NCBI GenBank assembly: GCA_963707955.1
Contig: OY970176.1
Location: 1,920,001 to 1,984,000, forward strand
Origin: Candidatus Bathyarchaeota archaeon
GTDB taxonomy: Archaea > Thermoproteota > Bathyarchaeia > Bathyarchaeales > Bathycorpusculaceae
Direction: 5' to 3'
Length of the DNA stretch: 64,000 nucleotides
Part shown: in pieces, positions 48,452-57,265 of the stretch
Layout: each line of letters starts with the position of its first letter
How positions within the stretch are numbered: the stretch's first letter is position 1
Made by a program: the position numbers and the translations under genes
Notes under the pieces: model-generated
The model's input: only the letters and a program-made list of their open reading frames with translations
Database searches by the model: none
What the model was told of the DNA's origin: nothing

Positions 48452-49004
48452 GGTTCTTACCAAGTCCAGTTATGGCTGCTTCTGCTTTGGCTGAGCATCT
48501 GCCGCAGAACAAGCTGTGTTTCACGTCCGTTTCGTAGATAGAGTTGGAAAAGTGCATGACGCAGAACACGTTGGAACAGTGCTCTAAACCCAAAGTGTGT
48601 CCAAGCTCGTGAACCGCCTCCTTCACGCTTCTCTCATGAAACAGTTGCTCGTTTGGGAGGTCTCCGTAGTAATCTGGTCTGAGTCGCCACAGCGAGATCA
48701 ACGCTGCTCTTCCATCGCAGTCTGCTTGTCCGAAGACAAAGTTCAACCTTGGAACGAAAACGTCAACATCAGCAACCCCGAGAACCCGGTCGAAGCGACT
48801 CTTCTCAGCGTAGCTTCTCACTTTCCTCAGAATAACGTCCGAACGGTGCTGCTTTCTCGCCTCGTCGAACGCTTTTTCAGGCAGTGGAATCTGCTCATCG
48901 ATCATCATGCACCTTGTCTGCGTGAAAATCGTGCTGATGCTCTCCTGAATCCTTTTTGTGGTGTCAGAATCAACCTGGCCTACGCGCAAGACTCCGATTC
49001 TCAT
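48435..49004 (-). CDS. Archaemetzincin Zn metalloprotease
   Basis: HELGHTLGLEHC...CVM...C..C. Confidence 0.92.
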   Translation of the reverse strand: MRIGVLRVGQVDSDTTKRIQESISTIFTQTRCMMIDEQIPLPEKAFDEARKQHRSDVILRKVRSYAEKSRFDRVLGVADVDVFVPRLNFVFGQADCDGRAALISLWRLRPDYYGDLPNEQLFHERSVKEAVHELGHTLGLEHCSNVFCVMHFSNSIYETDVKHSLFCGRCSAKAEAAITGLGKNHEGKV

Positions 49005-49018
49005 CTTCCCTGTTCTCT

Positions 49019-50284
49019 CTAAACCTTGAATGTCTCGCCGGTCTTCGGCGCCGTAGCTTCAAGTCCCAATTCGCTCCGTGCCCATTTTGCCAAGAGTTCA
49101 CAGTTTCCCTCTGCCCCGTGAACTACGAAGACCTTCGGTTTTCCGCCGAGTCTCTTCAACGCTTCTCGAAGCTCGCTTGCTCCGCAATGGGATGAAAAAT
49201 CAAAGTGCTCAACGCGAGCCTTGATCTTCCTCATCTTCCCGTCGATGACACATATACGCTTCTCAAGCAGCTCCTTTCCAGGTGTTCCCGGAATCTGGTA
49301 GCTGACCAGAAACACCGCATTCTCTGACCTCTTCCCGATCTTTGAAGTGTAAAAGACAGCAGGGCCACCCTTAAGCATACCAGCGGGCGAGATGATGACG
49401 CCGGGCATTCTCGTGGCTTTTCTCCGGTCTCTCCAACCCTCAACCCAGTTGGTCGCGTGAATGGCATCAGAAAAGGCTCTCTCGTCCCTGAGAAACTGCG
49501 AGTAGTTCATCATCACCCTGCTCACTTCACGGGCCATCCCGTCGATCGTGACTGGGTGTTCAAAGTGGTGAGCTGCCAAAACGCAGGCCAGCTCCTGAGA
49601 TCGGCCGACTCCGAAGGCTGGAACCAAGACTACGCCGCCTTTTTCCACGACTTCTGTGCATCCGTCCACGAAACGTTTTTCCAGCTCCGAGCGTTCAGTG
49701 TGGTCTTCGTTTGCATAGGTGCTCTCGATTATCACGGCATCGAGGTCTCCGTAATTCATTTTTGCACCTTCAAGCAGTCTCGTGTTCATGATGTTGAAGT
49801 CGCCGGTGTAAAGCAGCCTCTTACCTTCAGCTTCGATGAGCGTCTGCGTGCTTCCTGGGATGTGTCCGGCGTTCTTAAACTGGAACGCCATGTCTCCGAC
49901 TTTCTGTTCGGTGTCGAAGTCTACGTGTTTGCTGTTCTGCATCATCGACTTGAGTTCCAAGAATTCAAACGGCAGGTAATAGCTGGACAGGTGAATGAAG
50001 TCTGATATCAACAGCTGATTCAGCTCCATGGTCAGCCTGTTTGTGTAGAGCGGTTTCTTTCCCTGAATGTAAAATATGGGAATAGCACCTGAATGGTCCA
50101 GATGACTGTGGGAAAGAATTATTCCATCAACATCCTTCGGCGGTATGTGCCTGGGAAACCCAGGTTCATGGTCCAACATTGCTCCGTAGTCAAGCAAAAC
50201 CTGAGTTTTTTCGGTCTTAACCGTTATTGCTATCCTGCCAACTTCCTGGGTCCCACCCAGAAATCCAATCTGTAGCTGTCCCAT
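49019..50284 (-). CDS. Beta-CASP MBL-fold ribonuclease
   Basis: SHSHLDHSG, AGHIPGS, YTGD, ESTYA, FSSH, VHG. Confidence 0.9.
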   Translation of the reverse strand: MGQLQIGFLGGTQEVGRIAITVKTEKTQVLLDYGAMLDHEPGFPRHIPPKDVDGIILSHSHLDHSGAIPIFYIQGKKPLYTNRLTMELNQLLISDFIHLSSYYLPFEFLELKSMMQNSKHVDFDTEQKVGDMAFQFKNAGHIPGSTQTLIEAEGKRLLYTGDFNIMNTRLLEGAKMNYGDLDAVIIESTYANEDHTERSELEKRFVDGCTEVVEKGGVVLVPAFGVGRSQELACVLAAHHFEHPVTIDGMAREVSRVMMNYSQFLRDERAFSDAIHATNWVEGWRDRRKATRMPGVIISPAGMLKGGPAVFYTSKIGKRSENAVFLVSYQIPGTPGKELLEKRICVIDGKMRKIKARVEHFDFSSHCGASELREALKRLGGKPKVFVVHGAEGNCELLAKWARSELGLEATAPKTGETFKV

Positions 50285-50325
50285 TTCTTTTCAACCGCTG
50301 TCTCAGTAAACATGCCTGTGCTGTT

Positions 50326-50931
50326 TTAAAAGCGTATTGACTTTCCAGTCGAAAAAGGTTTCACCAAACCCTTCTCAATAGCCTTGAGAACCTCATCAAC
50401 ATCCAAAGAAGCTTGAATTTCATTACGAACAGTCCACAGTTGATCGACGTTGTGAGCGTCGCTGCCCGCAACGCCGGGGAGACCCATTTCTTTAGCCAAG
50501 TTTTCAGCAAGCTTATTCGCGTGAAGCGATGTGGAGCCGTTCAGAGTCTCTATGGCGTCGACAGCGTAGGTCTTGGCTGAGTTTCCCAGACCGTACTCTC
50601 TATACGGGTGCGGAACAATGACCACACCGTCTTTTGCTTCAGCAAAACTGATCACGTTATTGACGTCCCAGGGTTTGGGAGGAGCTTCATCTGTGCCCAA
50701 AACTATTAAATCGCCCAGTGGTGTGCCGATTTCGATCCCCGGAATTACAAGAATGTCCGAATACGCAGAGGCCAATTCTTGGACCTTGTGATAGCCTTCG
50801 ACTGTGTTGTGATCAGTTATGGCTATGACTTTGATTGATTGGTGAGAGTAAAGCTGGTCTACCAGCGATTTCGGGTTTATTGAGGAATCCAATGAGTATT
50901 TTGTGTGTATATGCAGGTCGGCTTGGATCAA
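50326..50931 (-). CDS. PHP-domain phosphoesterase
   Basis: DLHIHT, ITDHN, PHPYR, GSDAH. Confidence 0.9.
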   Translation of the reverse strand: MIQADLHIHTKYSLDSSINPKSLVDQLYSHQSIKVIAITDHNTVEGYHKVQELASAYSDILVIPGIEIGTPLGDLIVLGTDEAPPKPWDVNNVISFAEAKDGVVIVPHPYREYGLGNSAKTYAVDAIETLNGSTSLHANKLAENLAKEMGLPGVAGSDAHNVDQLWTVRNEIQASLDVDEVLKAIEKGLVKPFSTGKSIRF

Positions 50932-50941
50932 GCTTGTTTCC

Positions 50942-52558
50942 TCAATTTCTGCGCAGAATTTTCTCTAAGAGCGTCAGCAGGGCTTCTTCTTGCTTTTCGT
51001 TAGTGTTGAAGCATTGAAAACTCACTTTTCTTTTCAAGCAGGCTTTTCTGGACGCTTTCAGGATCGATTTTCCCCAATTTTCGGAGTCGTTGAGCAGTAT
51101 GACCATTTCATAACTATTGTGTGCAATATACTCGGCTACTTGGTCTGCAACGTAACTCGCCGTTTGCGGGTCGGGAGGAAGAACGGTCTCATACTGCGAA
51201 AGCGGATAGACCTCGTCGAGCTCGTGTGGAACTATGCCGAAGGGGGCAGCGTAGAAGCACGCGTGGACCTTGCTTTGCTTCGCCCCCAGCTTGTCGGACA
51301 GTTGACTTCCAAGTTTCCTGAAATCTCTGGACTTGTGAAAAGGCTTCATTCTGGTTTGAGGTACGAGCAGCAGAATGCTTGAGCCCGGAGGCGCGTATCT
51401 TCCTGCAAGTCTCTTCCTGTGGCGAACAACTTCTGGTCTGGTCAAGTCAACGTAGTCGAAGAAGAAGAGTCCGCTGTTTTTCACCTCAGGATCATTCTTT
51501 TCGATGAAATCTTTGTATTTTCCCAGTCTTCTGAATGCCTGAAGGAGCGAAGGGTGTCCGTGTGCGCGCATCTCCAAGTGTTCCCAAAGTCTGCCGTCCT
51601 TTATTGCCTGCTTCACGCGCTTCATCTCGGCGGCACAGACATGGAGGTTGTGTTCCGCAAGGAACACTTGCCTGTCGGTTGAAGGCATCTCGGATACCTC
51701 TTTCGGGGTTGTTCTTGTGCATCTTGGACACGCACATGGGAAATACTCCAGCTCTTCAAGCCTTGCTGTGCCCGTCTCCGTCATGTAACGATTTTCTTTT
51801 GCGAACAGGGAGTAAGCTGCTGAGTCGAAGAAGTCGCATCCGAGGGCCACTGCCAGAGCGAACATGAAGGGGTGCCCTGCCCCGAAAAGGTGGAGGGGCC
51901 GCTCAACGGGTAAGTTCATCTTCGCAGCCATTATCATGTCAACCAAAACGTCAAACCTGTAGCGTTCCATAACTTCGGTGGGGCTTCCCAGCGCGTTTAT
52001 CTCGAACGGCAGCTTTCCCATCGCTTTTGCCGATTTGGCCACGAGGTCTAGGTATCTTCCTCCTTGAACTGGGCCGACCCAGAGAATGTCGTCTCTAGTT
52101 TTCTGTTTGAAAAAGTCCTTTGCACGCTTCGACGTTTCTTTCACAGTCTCGCTTGCATCTTTTTTCGTCACCTTCCAACCTGTCGGTATGTCCAGTATCG
52201 TGGCGATGTCTGAACCTATCATCTCTTGGTACTCAACGATTTCTTTCGGGGTTACTTCCACGTCTCCGTAGACCAGGATCTGGTACGCCCCAGAATCAGT
52301 CATCACCGTTCCTTTGAAATCCAGAAATTCGTGCAAACCGTTTTGTGCGGGCTGGTTCTGTGAGTGTTTTTTCAGTATGTAAGCGTTGGTTATCAGGGCC
52401 TCAAAGCCAAACTCTTCACGGATCTTTCTCGGAGAGATCGGCTGGATTGTCGGGTTTACCACTGGAAAAAGCAGGGGAGTCTCGATTGTTCCGCTCTTTG
52501 TTCTGAGTCGGCCGACCCTTGCAAGCAAAGCTTTTTCTCTGATTTCAAAGGACATCAT
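50942..52558 (-). CDS. tgtA: Archaeal tRNA-guanine(15) transglycosylase
   Basis: MTDSGAYQ, LDIP, VQGG, HLFGAG, DSAAY, CACPRC...HNL. Confidence 0.92.
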   Translation of the reverse strand: MMSFEIREKALLARVGRLRTKSGTIETPLLFPVVNPTIQPISPRKIREEFGFEALITNAYILKKHSQNQPAQNGLHEFLDFKGTVMTDSGAYQILVYGDVEVTPKEIVEYQEMIGSDIATILDIPTGWKVTKKDASETVKETSKRAKDFFKQKTRDDILWVGPVQGGRYLDLVAKSAKAMGKLPFEINALGSPTEVMERYRFDVLVDMIMAAKMNLPVERPLHLFGAGHPFMFALAVALGCDFFDSAAYSLFAKENRYMTETGTARLEELEYFPCACPRCTRTTPKEVSEMPSTDRQVFLAEHNLHVCAAEMKRVKQAIKDGRLWEHLEMRAHGHPSLLQAFRRLGKYKDFIEKNDPEVKNSGLFFFDYVDLTRPEVVRHRKRLAGRYAPPGSSILLLVPQTRMKPFHKSRDFRKLGSQLSDKLGAKQSKVHACFYAAPFGIVPHELDEVYPLSQYETVLPPDPQTASYVADQVAEYIAHNSYEMVILLNDSENWGKSILKASRKACLKRKVSFQCFNTNEKQEEALLTLLEKILRRN

Positions 52559-52640
52559 CAGACCTTACACAAGACTGACAGGCACAAATATAAAAAACAT
52601 TCACCACATACCATTATCGCTTAGGCTGTGTGGTTTGAGT

Positions 52641-54689
52641 ATGAGTCTGAACAAGGTTGTTAAGGAAGAGATTTCCGGCAACGTGGCTAAGTCGTTTGTG
52701 GCGCAGATCTCGCGTTTCCACAGGATTCAGGCTTCCACCATGTTTCATGAAGCCGCAGAGTACGTGAAGAGCGAATTGGTAAAGATGGGCTTGAACGATG
52801 CCACTATCGAACAGTTTCCTGCTGATGGAAAGAAGAAGTACTGGACGTACACTTCACCAGTCGGCTGGACGGTCAAAAGTGCTGAACTTCGCCTTATCGA
52901 GCCTCAAGAAAAGCTGATCGCGACATATGAGGATGTTCCTCAATGTTTACACACCTGCAGTAGCGCGACGCCGCCGGAAGGGGTCACGGCGGAACTCGTT
53001 GACGTTGGAGCAGGAATCAAGTCGGCGGATTACGAAGGAAAAGATGTGAAAGGAAAAATCGTGCTGGCAACAGGCAGAGCCAGACGAGTACATGAGCTGG
53101 CCGTCTACGAGTACGATGCTGCTGGCGTTATTACTGACACGATAACCTTCGAAATGCCAGACGTCAGAGAAAGCGTAGACATACCCGACGCGCACGCGTA
53201 TCAATCGATCTGGCCAAGCGCAGACGAACTTCCAAAGGTGAAATTTGGCTTCTCCCTGAGTAAACGACAGGGAAATCATCTTAGGGCCCTGCTGAAAGGC
53301 GGCAAACCAGTAAAGCTGAAAGCAACCGTGGACGCGCAGCTGTTCCCCAGCAACTTGGACGTTGTGACCGCGACCATTCCTGGCGTGTCAAAGCCAGACG
53401 AAGAAGTATTCTTGATTGCACACCTGTGCCATCCGAAGCCCAGCGCTAACGATAACGCTTCCGGCAGCGGCCTCCTTCTTGAAGTTGCCAGAACCATTAT
53501 AGCCTTGATCGCCAAAGGCAAGATTGAAAGGCCAGCTAGGACGATACGTTTCATCTGGGTTCCTGAGACCTTCGGCTCAATAGCCTATCTTCACGGCCAC
53601 GAAGACTTGCCGCCGAAGCTGGTTGCGGGGATAAACTTGGACATGGTCGGCCAAGACCAAGAGTTGTGCAAGTCCACGCTTAACCTTGACCGCACTCCAG
53701 ACTCTCTGCCTTCGTACCTGAACGATTTCGTTTTCAGCCTCATGGAAGAATCGGTGAAGGAATTTGATTCATCTTCGGCCTTCGGTTCAACATCCACGTT
53801 TCGCTACGCTACGGGTGCTTTCAGCGGGGGAAGCGATCACGCGGAATTCACTGACTCCACCATAGGCGTCCCGTGCATCATGCTGTTGCAGTGGCCTGAC
53901 CTCTACTACCACACAAGCATGGACACTATCGACAAAGTCAGTCCTGACAGTCTGAAACGTGTTGGATGGATCGCAACGGTTGCAGCCCTGACACTCGCAA
54001 GCGCTGGAGGGGAAGAAGCGTTTCTGTTGGCAACGCAGACGGCCTCAAGAGGCATCGGGAGAATCGAAGAAACTGGACGCGAAGCAGTTGAGACGATGTT
54101 CGAAAAGAAAAGGGATCAGAAGCTCAAAGACAAGCCAGAGGAACTGGCTAAGGAACTGGTGAAAACGGCGCAGCGCTACGAGAACAAGATAGAGCATCTT
54201 GTCCTGCGCGAGCAGCAAGCAGTCAAATCGGTGACGCGGGTTGGACAGACCCAAGAGTTGAAGGCGCTTCTAGACGAATACTGCAAGGACGTTGCAGATT
54301 TCGGCAAGAAGGAAGTTGCGAGGATTCTTCAAGCCTTAAACTTCGTTGCTAAAACCTGGGCATTGACACTTCCAGTCACGGTTGAAGCAGAGGACACGAA
54401 GAATGAGCTGAGGAAGTTAGTTCCCAAGAGACTCTTCAAAGGGACGCTTGATTTCGAAGCTGTCAGAAAAGGCTTGAGCGAAAAAGAGTTTGAGTGGTAC
54501 CGGGAAATCGACGAGAAAGACCGTGAATTTAACAGGAAAGCAGCTGAAATTCTAAACTTCATGGATGGAAAACGAAGCTTAAACGAAATTCTGAATGCCG
54601 TATCCGCCGAATACGGTGAGACTGATCCAGAATACGTGTTGAAGTTTCTGCGAGACTTAGAAAAGATGAGCCTCGTCGCCTTCCAATAG
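52641..54689 (+). CDS. M28-family aminopeptidase-like protein (DUF4910) with PA domain
   Basis: AHLCHP, ANDNASG, PE, NLDMVG, GSDH, YHTSMD. Confidence 0.85.
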   Translation: MSLNKVVKEEISGNVAKSFVAQISRFHRIQASTMFHEAAEYVKSELVKMGLNDATIEQFPADGKKKYWTYTSPVGWTVKSAELRLIEPQEKLIATYEDVPQCLHTCSSATPPEGVTAELVDVGAGIKSADYEGKDVKGKIVLATGRARRVHELAVYEYDAAGVITDTITFEMPDVRESVDIPDAHAYQSIWPSADELPKVKFGFSLSKRQGNHLRALLKGGKPVKLKATVDAQLFPSNLDVVTATIPGVSKPDEEVFLIAHLCHPKPSANDNASGSGLLLEVARTIIALIAKGKIERPARTIRFIWVPETFGSIAYLHGHEDLPPKLVAGINLDMVGQDQELCKSTLNLDRTPDSLPSYLNDFVFSLMEESVKEFDSSSAFGSTSTFRYATGAFSGGSDHAEFTDSTIGVPCIMLLQWPDLYYHTSMDTIDKVSPDSLKRVGWIATVAALTLASAGGEEAFLLATQTASRGIGRIEETGREAVETMFEKKRDQKLKDKPEELAKELVKTAQRYENKIEHLVLREQQAVKSVTRVGQTQELKALLDEYCKDVADFGKKEVARILQALNFVAKTWALTLPVTVEAEDTKNELRKLVPKRLFKGTLDFEAVRKGLSEKEFEWYREIDEKDREFNRKAAEILNFMDGKRSLNEILNAVSAEYGETDPEYVLKFLRDLEKMSLVAFQ

Positions 54690-54777
54690 TCACAGGTCGT
54701 CCTGCTTCATCAAAACACACTTATACCGTTATTCTTCATCTACTACGCGTTCACGTGAGCACCAAGGATATGATAAG

Positions 54778-55530
54778 ATGGTCTGCGCGGTTGAAGTCTT
54801 CGAGAAGCCGAAGCTTCGAGATCCAGTGTTGATTGAAGGGTTGCCAGGGATAGGTTTTGTGGCCAACATCGCTGGTCTGCATTTGATCCGTGAGTTGAAG
54901 GCTGAACGTTTCGCCGAGATTCATTCTTCGGCCTTTCAAGATCTCGCGGTCACAGTTGAGAATGGGAGGACGCGGTCACCTGTGAACGAACTTTACTATT
55001 ACAAGGGCAAAGACGGTGAGCGTGACATCATCGTTTGGTATGGCAACACTCAGGCCTTGACGACTTCGGGGCAGTATGAGCTTTGCGGTCGTGTTCTTGA
55101 TGTTGCCAAAGAGTTGAGCTGCAAGTACGTGATAACCTTGGGTGGGTACAGGCAAGAAGAAGTCAAGACGCCTCCGCAGATGTACTGTGCCGCGTCCGAC
55201 CATGAAACTCTGGAGGAAGCCCTGGCCCTTGGGACCAAAATAATGGTCGGGGAAATATTCGGAATCGCTGGCATCATGGTGGGGTTGGCCAAGCTTCGAG
55301 GCGTGAAGAGTTTCTCGCTTCTCGTGGACACTTTGGGCACGCATCCGGATGTGAATGCGACGCGCACCTTACTGTCAGCTTTGAACAAGTTTTTGAGCAT
55401 GAACATTGACCTTTCAAGGCTAGACACGGCTGCAGAAGAGACTAAGAAAATACTTGAATCCTTCGGCCTTATCAGAAATGTTGCAGAAGAAAAGAAGAGA
55501 GAGGAACAGCAGTTCCGCTGGTTTATCTAG
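54778..55530 (+). CDS. PAC2-family proteasome assembly chaperone
   Basis: LIEGLPGIGFVA, TLGGY. Confidence 0.88.
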   Translation: MVCAVEVFEKPKLRDPVLIEGLPGIGFVANIAGLHLIRELKAERFAEIHSSAFQDLAVTVENGRTRSPVNELYYYKGKDGERDIIVWYGNTQALTTSGQYELCGRVLDVAKELSCKYVITLGGYRQEEVKTPPQMYCAASDHETLEEALALGTKIMVGEIFGIAGIMVGLAKLRGVKSFSLLVDTLGTHPDVNATRTLLSALNKFLSMNIDLSRLDTAAEETKKILESFGLIRNVAEEKKREEQQFRWFI

Positions 55531-55955
55531 CTCTTGCCCTTAGCTTCACCCATGAATTGATCGTAGACCTTCTGTACACGCTCAGCAGCCGGACCTGAAC
55601 CTTCCACAACGCCTTTCTCAGTTATCTTAACCTTGTCCATAACCCAGATGAAACCCTTGTCTTCGTAAAGCCTAACCATGGTTGGAAACACTTTTTCAAG
55701 GCGATCAGCCAGCGCCTTCAGGTCAAAAGGCCTTTCAACGGTCAGTATCTGAGACACGGTGTTCCCGTTTACGAAAACTCTGTGAAGTATCTTTCCTTCA
55801 TCATCCTTTGCCTCTGAAAGACACAGGCTCAAAGTGTCTGGGTTGATGCCGATCAAATTGCCGCTGAACTTCTTTCCACTCGCGGTCACAACTATCACGT
55901 TCTTGTCTGCTAACGCTGACACTTCAGTGAAAAATTTTCTCTGCGCCACTGACAA
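55527..55955 (-). CDS. Lsm-family RNA-binding protein with C-terminal domain (SmAP3-like)
   Basis: Sm fold followed by FDLKALADRLEKVFP C-terminal domain. Confidence 0.85.
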   Translation of the reverse strand: MSVAQRKFFTEVSALADKNVIVVTASGKKFSGNLIGINPDTLSLCLSEAKDDEGKILHRVFVNGNTVSQILTVERPFDLKALADRLEKVFPTMVRLYEDKGFIWVMDKVKITEKGVVEGSGPAAERVQKVYDQFMGEAKGKS

Positions 55956-56046
55956 TTCTGAACATCCACCTTACCAAAATGAATCTGTGAAAGGTCTATT
56001 TAAGATCTATAGAACTCAACTTGCAACGCAGCTCTCCCCGTTTCTA

Positions 56047-56249
56047 GCGCGCATGCTTGTTCCTAAATTCCCAGATTTCGCTCAAGAGGGAGGCATGACG
56101 TTTCTCGATGGTTACCGTCACGGTTCGGCTCGGTTCTTGCTTGCTCACACCCTCCCCCCCCGGGTATCCTATATGATCCAAATATGATTGAAGAGGAGAA
56201 TGAGTAGCGCAAACTGCTTCTGAAAGAATTCAGGAACGCGCTAGCGCGG
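56047..56249 (+). mobile_element. 203-bp non-autonomous element with imperfect 24-bp terminal inverted repeats (MITE-like)
   Basis: Left gcgcgcatgcttgttcctaaattc, right gaattcaggaacgcgctagcgcgg; interior homologous to 4137-4309. Confidence 0.7.
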
Positions 56250-56598
56250 TTCTTCTTGCAAGCTATCCACAAAACTGAAAGACTGACGCGCGCGTTTCCT
56301 ATTGTGGTGACTGCATCTTTCCCCTTCGCTGGTGAGCTCGCACCGACATTCCAAGTTTTGTTCTAATGATTTTACTTCTCCACTTTTTGCTCTGACTGAA
56401 TTTTGGTTCGGCTAGCGCTCGTTAGCTAGCTCTGAAATCTTCTGAAACCAGAAGACGAAGTGACAGTAAAATGCATTACACTTTCACTAATCTTGCCGAG
56501 ACTCTCTGGGAAGTGTTCGACACGCGTCTTGCTTCAGATCCGCGCAAAGTCAGTGGGGCCTTTCTCAACGCCTGTGTGCTGTACTAGTATCCTAAGGG

Positions 56599-56650
56599 GG
56601 AGGGGGAGGGTGGAATAGACGAGGTCAAAACGCGAATACAGGTATGTAGC
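56599..56650. repeat. Second non-coding repeat family, copy 2
   Basis: Aligns with 47549-47598. Confidence 0.55.
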
Positions 56651-56692
56651 ATTTCTAATTCTGGGCAGAAAGTGAAAAGATCCGTGCAGCCC

Positions 56693-57208
56693 TTATTTGA
56701 TGCTGATGTCTTCTGAAAGGTAAGCGAGGTCGAATGGTTTAGTCAGTGTCCCCGTTTTCAAACTCACGATAAACGACTGAACATCCGTTATGAAGTCTGA
56801 AAACTTGGCCGTGTAGTCTCTCATGAAATCTGCGTATTTCGAGTAGTCCCTGTGAACCGACACCATGACCGCATCCTTTCCCAAGCCTTCTCCGTCGGAG
56901 GCGAAAAGAATGTTGGCATGCTGCATCGTCCACTTCTTTGCCAAGTCAAGCTTCCTTTCAACCTCTTCTTCTCCGTATGCCCTCGCCTTTGCAAAAGTTA
57001 TGGCCAAGATTTCGTAGCCGACCTTTTGGAACTCGGGGACGATCGTGTAACTTCTGATGTAGTCTTCCAGCAGCTTTCTGTTCCTCGTCACAGTCGGCTG
57101 AGACGTCCCGATTGCTCGGGCCAGTTGCCTGTCGCTTCTCCTTGAATCTCGGACCAACTCGCGCAGGAGCTTGTCCATTTTCTCTTCTTTCATGCGTCTT
57201 CGAGGCAA
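56693..57208 (-). CDS. Lrp/AsnC-family transcriptional regulator
   Basis: DSRRSDRQLARAIGTSQPTVTR HTH. Confidence 0.88.
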   Translation of the reverse strand: MPRRRMKEEKMDKLLRELVRDSRRSDRQLARAIGTSQPTVTRNRKLLEDYIRSYTIVPEFQKVGYEILAITFAKARAYGEEEVERKLDLAKKWTMQHANILFASDGEGLGKDAVMVSVHRDYSKYADFMRDYTAKFSDFITDVQSFIVSLKTGTLTKPFDLAYLSEDISIK

Positions 57209-57265
57209 AAACAGTGTACAAGCCTTTTATCGTTTTCGGCGCACGGGTCCTCAAGTCTCGATGGT

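Noticed and set aside
47630-52558. tgtA-PHP-beta-CASP-archaemetzincin-presenilin run as a novel system
   Set aside because: All are widespread archaeal housekeeping families; adjacency alone is not evidence of a shared function
56140-56620. Replication origin (G-strings resembling ORB elements)
   Set aside because: No TCCA-GTGGAAA ORB core in the right arrangement and no adjacent orc1/cdc6
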